Positions 28,901 through 32,000 of a stretch of 32,000 bases of DNA are shown piece by piece. The stretch covers positions 3,480,001 through 3,512,000 of the forward strand of contig NC_010296.1 of NCBI RefSeq assembly GCF_000010625.1, in the 5' to 3' direction. Numbering within the stretch: the stretch's first letter is position 1; every line of letters begins with the position of its first letter. The stretch comes from Microcystis aeruginosa NIES-843 (GTDB lineage: Bacteria > Cyanobacteriota > Cyanobacteriia > Cyanobacteriales > Microcystaceae). Made by a program: the position numbers and the translations under genes. The notes beneath the pieces are model-generated. The model saw nothing but the letters and a program-made list of their open reading frames with translations. It searched no databases and was not told the DNA's origin.

Positions 28901-31900
28901 GAAATCAACTAATTTAACCCATTGTCATCTAGAAGAAATCGCCAAAAATTGTTCCGAAGAAGTCGATATCAACTCCTTTTATGAAACTTATCAAAAATCA
29001 GGGATAAATTACGGGAGTAACTTTCGGCTCATTCATCAACTGAAGCGGGGGGAAAATACAGCTTTTGCTCAAATCAAATTAACCGATAGGTTAGAGCGGG
29101 AAAAATATCATTTCCATCCCGCTATGTTAGACGCTTGTTTTCAAGGGATTGCTGCCATTTTATTTCAAGAAGAATCCTCAGTAACTTATGTTCCTGTTCG
29201 CCTTGGGCAATTGGCATTTTTTCACCCTCCTGATGAGCAGGTAATCAGCGCGGTTCGACTGAAAAACTCCTCCCCTAACCCTAACATTATCATCGCTGAT
29301 ATTGATATCTATTCCCCCCAAGGTCAACCCTTAGCATCCCTCACCAACTTAGAACTAAAAGCCGTTCAATCTCAAGAGATTATCCCCCAAGAAATCCCCC
29401 CTCAAATCTATCTAGAAGAATGGATGCCTTGCGAGGAATTATTAGGGAATGGTAGAGACACTTTAGTAGCTCCCCAGGTGATTCAAAATCAAATTCACCC
29501 CGCACAGTTAGAACAACAACTAGGGGAAAAATTGGGGCAATATGAGCGCTTAATGGAGGCCTTAGAAAAGTTAAGCGTAACCTATATTTGGGAAGCCTTA
29601 ACAAAACTTAATGGACAGCCAAAATCAGGTCAAACTTATTCCGAAGCACAGATAGCAAATCAAGGTCAAATTGTCGATTTTTACCGACCTTTATTATCTC
29701 GATGTTTAAGCATTTTAGCTGAAGAAAAAATCGTTAATCAGACAAAAGATGGCTGGTTATTCGTCAAAGAATTAGAAGCACCTTCATCGCCATCGCAAAT
29801 TAAAATTCTCCGCCAAGAATTTGCCGATTATCCAGCAGAAATTAGTCTCATGGAGCGTTGTGGCTCTGCTTTGGCAGCAGTCATGAGTCGTCAAGTTGAG
29901 CCATTAGAATTACTCTTTCCTCAAGGGGATTTAGAAGCGATCGCATCAATTTATTCGGAAGCTGCCGGAGCTAAATTGATGAATCAGTTAGTCGCCACCA
30001 CAATCCGCCGTGCTATTGAGAATTTCCTCCCCCATTATCCCCTAAGAATTCTCGAAATTGGAGGAGGAACAGGAGCCGTTACTGCTGGCATTTTACCTCA
30101 CTTACCCACAGAACATATCGAATATGTATTCACCGATATTTCCTCTAGTTTCTTAACAAGAGCCAAGGAAAATTTTAGAAACTATCCCTTTATTAAATAT
30201 CAAACTTTAGACATTGAAAAAAATCCCTTTACTCAAGATTTTCTCCCCGGCAGTTTTGACATAATCATCGCCGCTAATGTTCTTCATGCCACAGCCAACC
30301 TTCAAAAAACCCTGGAAAATGTGCGCTCTCTCATCGCTCCTAAGGGACTACTAATCCTCTTAGAAAGTACAGGGGCAAGACGTTGGGTAGATTTAACCTT
30401 TGGCTTGACAGAAGGATGGTGGTTATGTAGTCAAGATCTGCGGCGGAATGGTTATCCGTTAATCAGCACAAAAGATTGGCAAAATTTACTGATTGAGAAT
30501 CAATTTGAAGACATTAATATTATCGAACCAAGCCAAGCAAAAACCCGAAATTTATTAAAACAAAGTGTCATCATTAGTCGAAGCAGTGAGCAATTACCTT
30601 CTCTTCTGGCAAAATCTTACTATCATCAAATAATCTGGGCAGATAGTCAAGGAATTGCTAACGGTTTAATCCCTCTATTCCAACAGAGAGGAATAAGTTG
30701 TTCTTGCGTCTTTTCCCAAGATATTAACCTGGAGATTGCTGAAGATTACCTATCAATATTGAGAAACTCGATAACTTCAGAAACTCGTCAAATACTGTAC
30801 TTCTGGGGCTTAGAAAAAATCCCTGGAGAAATGGATCAACAAGTCGAGATTCATTGTCAAAGATTTCTCTTTTTCTTACAAGCCTTATTGCAGCAAGAAA
30901 ATCCGCCGGCTCTGATTTTAGTGACTCAAGGAGCAGTACCAGCAAAAGCCATTAAAACCCTGACCTCTCCCTCTCAAGCATCCTTATTAGGAATAGCCTT
31001 CAGCCTAGTCTTAGAACATCCTGAACTTAATTTTAAGGCGATTGACCTAGATCCAGATGAAGTAAACTCAGCCGACAAACTGCTGCAAGAAATCTACAGT
31101 AATCCCCAAGAAAACCGGGTTGCTTTGCGGGGGGAACAGCGTTTTTATCCCCGTTTAGTGCAGAGAAAACTTGAAGATGGAAATATCAATTTTAGTCCTG
31201 ATGGCTATTATTTAATCACAGGAGGCACAGGGGGGTTAGGATTAGCAACAACCCGATGGATGATTGAAAAAGGGGCGCGGAATTTAGTTTTGTGTAGTCG
31301 TCGAGGGGCAGAAGGAGTTAGCCCTGAAATATTAGCCAATCTCTCCTCTAGTGGGGCAGAAATTACCCTCAAAAAACTTGATATTACCGATGCTGAAAAA
31401 CTGCACACTGTCTTAGAAGAATGCCGTTCTAAATATCCTGTACGAGGCGTTTTTCACATTGCTGGAACCTTAGACGATACAACCTTATTAAGACTAACAC
31501 CAGAGCGCTTTAATTATGTTTTAGCTCCCAAAGTTAAAGGAACTTGGTTGCTTCATCAACTCACCCTAAATGACCCATTGGAATTCTTTGTCTGTTATAC
31601 TTCTGCTGTATCTTTAATTGGCTCGGCAGGACAAGCTAATGCTGCGGCAGCTAATGCCTTTGAAGACGCTTTTATCTATTATCGTCAGGCGCATCATTTA
31701 CCCGGAACGGTCATAAATTGGGGTCCTTGGAGTGAAATAGGTGCAGCAGTAGATCGCAATGTTTTGGAGAGATTAGCCGCTAAAGGATATGGGGCTATGA
31801 AACCCGATTTAGCCCTTAATGCTCTGGAAAAAATTCTTCTAAATCAGATTATCCGCGCTGGTGTAATTAAGATTGACTGGCAACAATTTCCTTATATTCA

Positions 31901-32000
31901 TCAAAGCTTTTATAAAAACTTTCTGCCTCAAGGAAAACCCCAAGCTGCCCCCTCATCTGAGTTTTTAAAACAATGGCAAAATTTAACCTTAAAAGAGCGT
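25974..32000 (+). CDS. mcyD: Microcystin polyketide synthase McyD, 5' partial (first 2009 codons; module 1 KS / AT-like / DH / C-MT / KR)
   Basis: The frame containing ATG 25974 is open to the window end, so it is absent from the ORF track. An in-frame TAA lies at 25881-25883, and there is no ATG, GTG or TTG between it and 25974. The N-terminus reads MDFQDKKNLSENDQ... KS motifs are DTACSSS (26601-26621), EAHGTGT and KTNLGH. DH motifs are HPLLG (from 28578), HQVFDQAILP, GINYGSNF and DACFQ. The C-MT has LEIGGGTG (30051-30074). The KR has a Rossmann motif TGGTGGLG (31218-31241). Divergent orientation next to mcyA matches the Microcystis mcy layout. Confidence 0.93.
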   Translation, partial: MDFQDKKNLSENDQSIQTRVFKALSEAKEKLKAFESQQSEPLAIVGLGCRFGHNIATPESFWSFLKAGKNNLREIPKERWNQQDFYDSDRNKVGKIYVSQGGFLDDVSQFDAHFFGIAPKEAVAMDPQQRLLLEVAYEALENAGMATTTARRGKTGVFIGITNNDYARILTSNEDYNAIGAYHISGNHTNAAAGRISYLLNLNGPSLAVDTACSSSLVAVHLACRSLRSQECRQALVGGVNLVLTPEVVIALCRNQMLAPDGQCKTFDESADGFGIGEGCGVIVLKRLSDALQDGDHIWAVIRGTAVNNDGASGGFTVPNGPVQRELIREALADARLDAEAIDYVEAHGTGTSLGDPIEIKAIAEALCLNRRKSNPLLVGSLKTNLGHLAAAAGISGLIKTALSLHYREIPAHLNLKKPNPHINWDALPISIVTQNCSWNVNNGKLKAAGVSSFGASGTNAHVILSEPPQPQPQTPKISPILVTFSAKEPERLRLFTTQFVDELEQKTDLSVKDIALSLNTGRFPHKHRLALLVSNQENLRQGIQAFLKSDGDEKQFQNIQNNSFDIIYGEAQSNPKIAFLCHDEQEISLEIIETLLNNEPIFYDAFRHCDHLFKKYLEFSLQELLSSKKALEPQIPLSVQPVLFAYQYALCELWKSWGISPSAILGSGLGEYLAAQQAGVFSLEDTVKLVAKRAQISPQNPNSEDLLSLLKSTPEVDSNSPDITLIYQGEVVKKSLKNSVNRGERIRQKSDEIAQGISTLHQMGYQIFLEMGISANLINIGRQKLGVNSILWLSSLGEDCHSDQHEQRVLGQLYVRGFNINWESFHRSHPGQKISLPNSPFIRKRYWINSGNKSESSSYKNPNYYSGHPLLGDHFPSPLALLQYRGSISQHKPAFLGEHQVFDQAILPASALIEMALAAGENQRVILENVEFKKALILKDTEDTLQLIIEQKSFKIYHELEPNWEILVTGKIEELKSTNLTHCHLEEIAKNCSEEVDINSFYETYQKSGINYGSNFRLIHQLKRGENTAFAQIKLTDRLEREKYHFHPAMLDACFQGIAAILFQEESSVTYVPVRLGQLAFFHPPDEQVISAVRLKNSSPNPNIIIADIDIYSPQGQPLASLTNLELKAVQSQEIIPQEIPPQIYLEEWMPCEELLGNGRDTLVAPQVIQNQIHPAQLEQQLGEKLGQYERLMEALEKLSVTYIWEALTKLNGQPKSGQTYSEAQIANQGQIVDFYRPLLSRCLSILAEEKIVNQTKDGWLFVKELEAPSSPSQIKILRQEFADYPAEISLMERCGSALAAVMSRQVEPLELLFPQGDLEAIASIYSEAAGAKLMNQLVATTIRRAIENFLPHYPLRILEIGGGTGAVTAGILPHLPTEHIEYVFTDISSSFLTRAKENFRNYPFIKYQTLDIEKNPFTQDFLPGSFDIIIAANVLHATANLQKTLENVRSLIAPKGLLILLESTGARRWVDLTFGLTEGWWLCSQDLRRNGYPLISTKDWQNLLIENQFEDINIIEPSQAKTRNLLKQSVIISRSSEQLPSLLAKSYYHQIIWADSQGIANGLIPLFQQRGISCSCVFSQDINLEIAEDYLSILRNSITSETRQILYFWGLEKIPGEMDQQVEIHCQRFLFFLQALLQQENPPALILVTQGAVPAKAIKTLTSPSQASLLGIAFSLVLEHPELNFKAIDLDPDEVNSADKLLQEIYSNPQENRVALRGEQRFYPRLVQRKLEDGNINFSPDGYYLITGGTGGLGLATTRWMIEKGARNLVLCSRRGAEGVSPEILANLSSSGAEITLKKLDITDAEKLHTVLEECRSKYPVRGVFHIAGTLDDTTLLRLTPERFNYVLAPKVKGTWLLHQLTLNDPLEFFVCYTSAVSLIGSAGQANAAAANAFEDAFIYYRQAHHLPGTVINWGPWSEIGAAVDRNVLERLAAKGYGAMKPDLALNALEKILLNQIIRAGVIKIDWQQFPYIHQSFYKNFLPQGKPQAAPSSEFLKQWQNLTLKER
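26091..27374 (+). other. Ketosynthase (KS) domain of McyD module 1
   Basis: The domain runs from EPLAIVGLGCRF to GTNAHVILSE. The Cys codon is TGT at 26610-26612, and both His motifs are present. The N-terminal motif reads CRFGHNIATPE rather than the common CRFPGG. Confidence 0.85.
27702..28520 (+). other. Acyltransferase-derived region lacking AT catalytic motifs
   Basis: AT-like edge blocks are present (KIAFL..., QPVLFAYQYALCELWKSWGISPSAILG, LGEYLAAQQAGVFSLEDTVKLVAKRA, IFLEMG, PFIRKRYWI). However, GQGSQ is replaced by HDEQE, GHSxG by GSGLG, and there is no HAFHS-type motif. See findings. Confidence 0.6.
28578..29370 (+). other. Dehydratase (DH) domain of McyD module 1
   Basis: Motifs are HPLLG, the catalytic His motif HQVFDQAILP (Asp where Gly is usual), YGSNF, and HPAMLDACFQ (DxxxQ). 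Boundaries are approximate. Confidence 0.7.
29820..30530 (+). other. C-methyltransferase domain of McyD module 1
   Basis: SAM motif I ILEIGGGTGAVT lies at about 30048-30083, with DIIIAANVLHAT and GLLILLE blocks downstream. Boundaries are approximate. Confidence 0.75.
30620..31760 (+). other. Ketoreductase (KR) domain of McyD module 1, catalytic Tyr position occupied by Ala
   Basis: The Rossmann motif YLITGGTGGLG is present, as are the Lys in LAPKVKG and the Ser in YTSAVS. The SDR Tyr motif reads GSAGQANAAAANAF (Ala codon GCT 31641-31643) instead of GQANYAAAN. Boundaries are approximate. Confidence 0.7.

Noticed and set aside
6436-32000. Could the large NRPS/PKS cluster be a previously undescribed biosynthetic system?
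   Set aside because: The gene order (C-B-A divergent from D) is that of the well-known Microcystis microcystin synthetase. So are the ORF lengths (2787/2126/1291 aa), the domain strings (A-NMT-PCP-C-A-PCP-E, C-A-PCP-C-A-PCP, C-A-PCP-TE, KS..DH-CMT-KR) and the specificity codes (Ser, Ala, MeAsp, Arg types). Only details inside it are unusual.

Overview
This window is, with high confidence, the left half of a Microcystis-type microcystin synthetase (mcy) locus plus flanking accessory DNA. The minus strand carries mcyC (6436-10311), mcyB (10308-16688) and mcyA (16704-25067; the longest ORF runs to a GTG at 25169). Together they form a five-module NRPS line: A-NMT-PCP-C-A-PCP-E, then C-A-PCP-C-A-PCP, then C-A-PCP-TE. 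Hand-extracted specificity codes fit Ser(->Mdha)/Ala/X2/MeAsp/Arg. Divergent across a 906-bp intergenic region, the plus strand carries the first 2009 codons of mcyD (25974 to the window edge). The ORF track misses mcyD because it has no stop in the window. It covers KS, an AT-like region, DH, C-MT and KR of PKS module 1. The left 6.4 kb holds four accessory genes: an APH-like/P-loop kinase fusion, two tandem Uma2-family nucleases and a secreted FAD oxidoreductase. These are bracketed by two inverted ~214-bp MITE-like elements, each with a 4-bp flanking duplication, and an EAL-domain gene remnant lies at the window edge. HIP1 octamers (GCGATCGC) and heptanucleotide tandem repeats fit a cyanobacterial origin. 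The cluster is a textbook system, not a new one. The most unusual observation is that McyD module 1 lacks all AT catalytic motifs and has Ala where the KR catalytic Tyr should be, yet stays in frame. Other points of note are a ~1 kb near-identical A-domain segment shared by mcyB module 1 and mcyC, the MITE-bracketed cassette, and a localized variable patch in the duplicated Uma2 genes. I found no rRNA, tRNA or CRISPR array. All motif calls come from hand translation, and no database search was possible.
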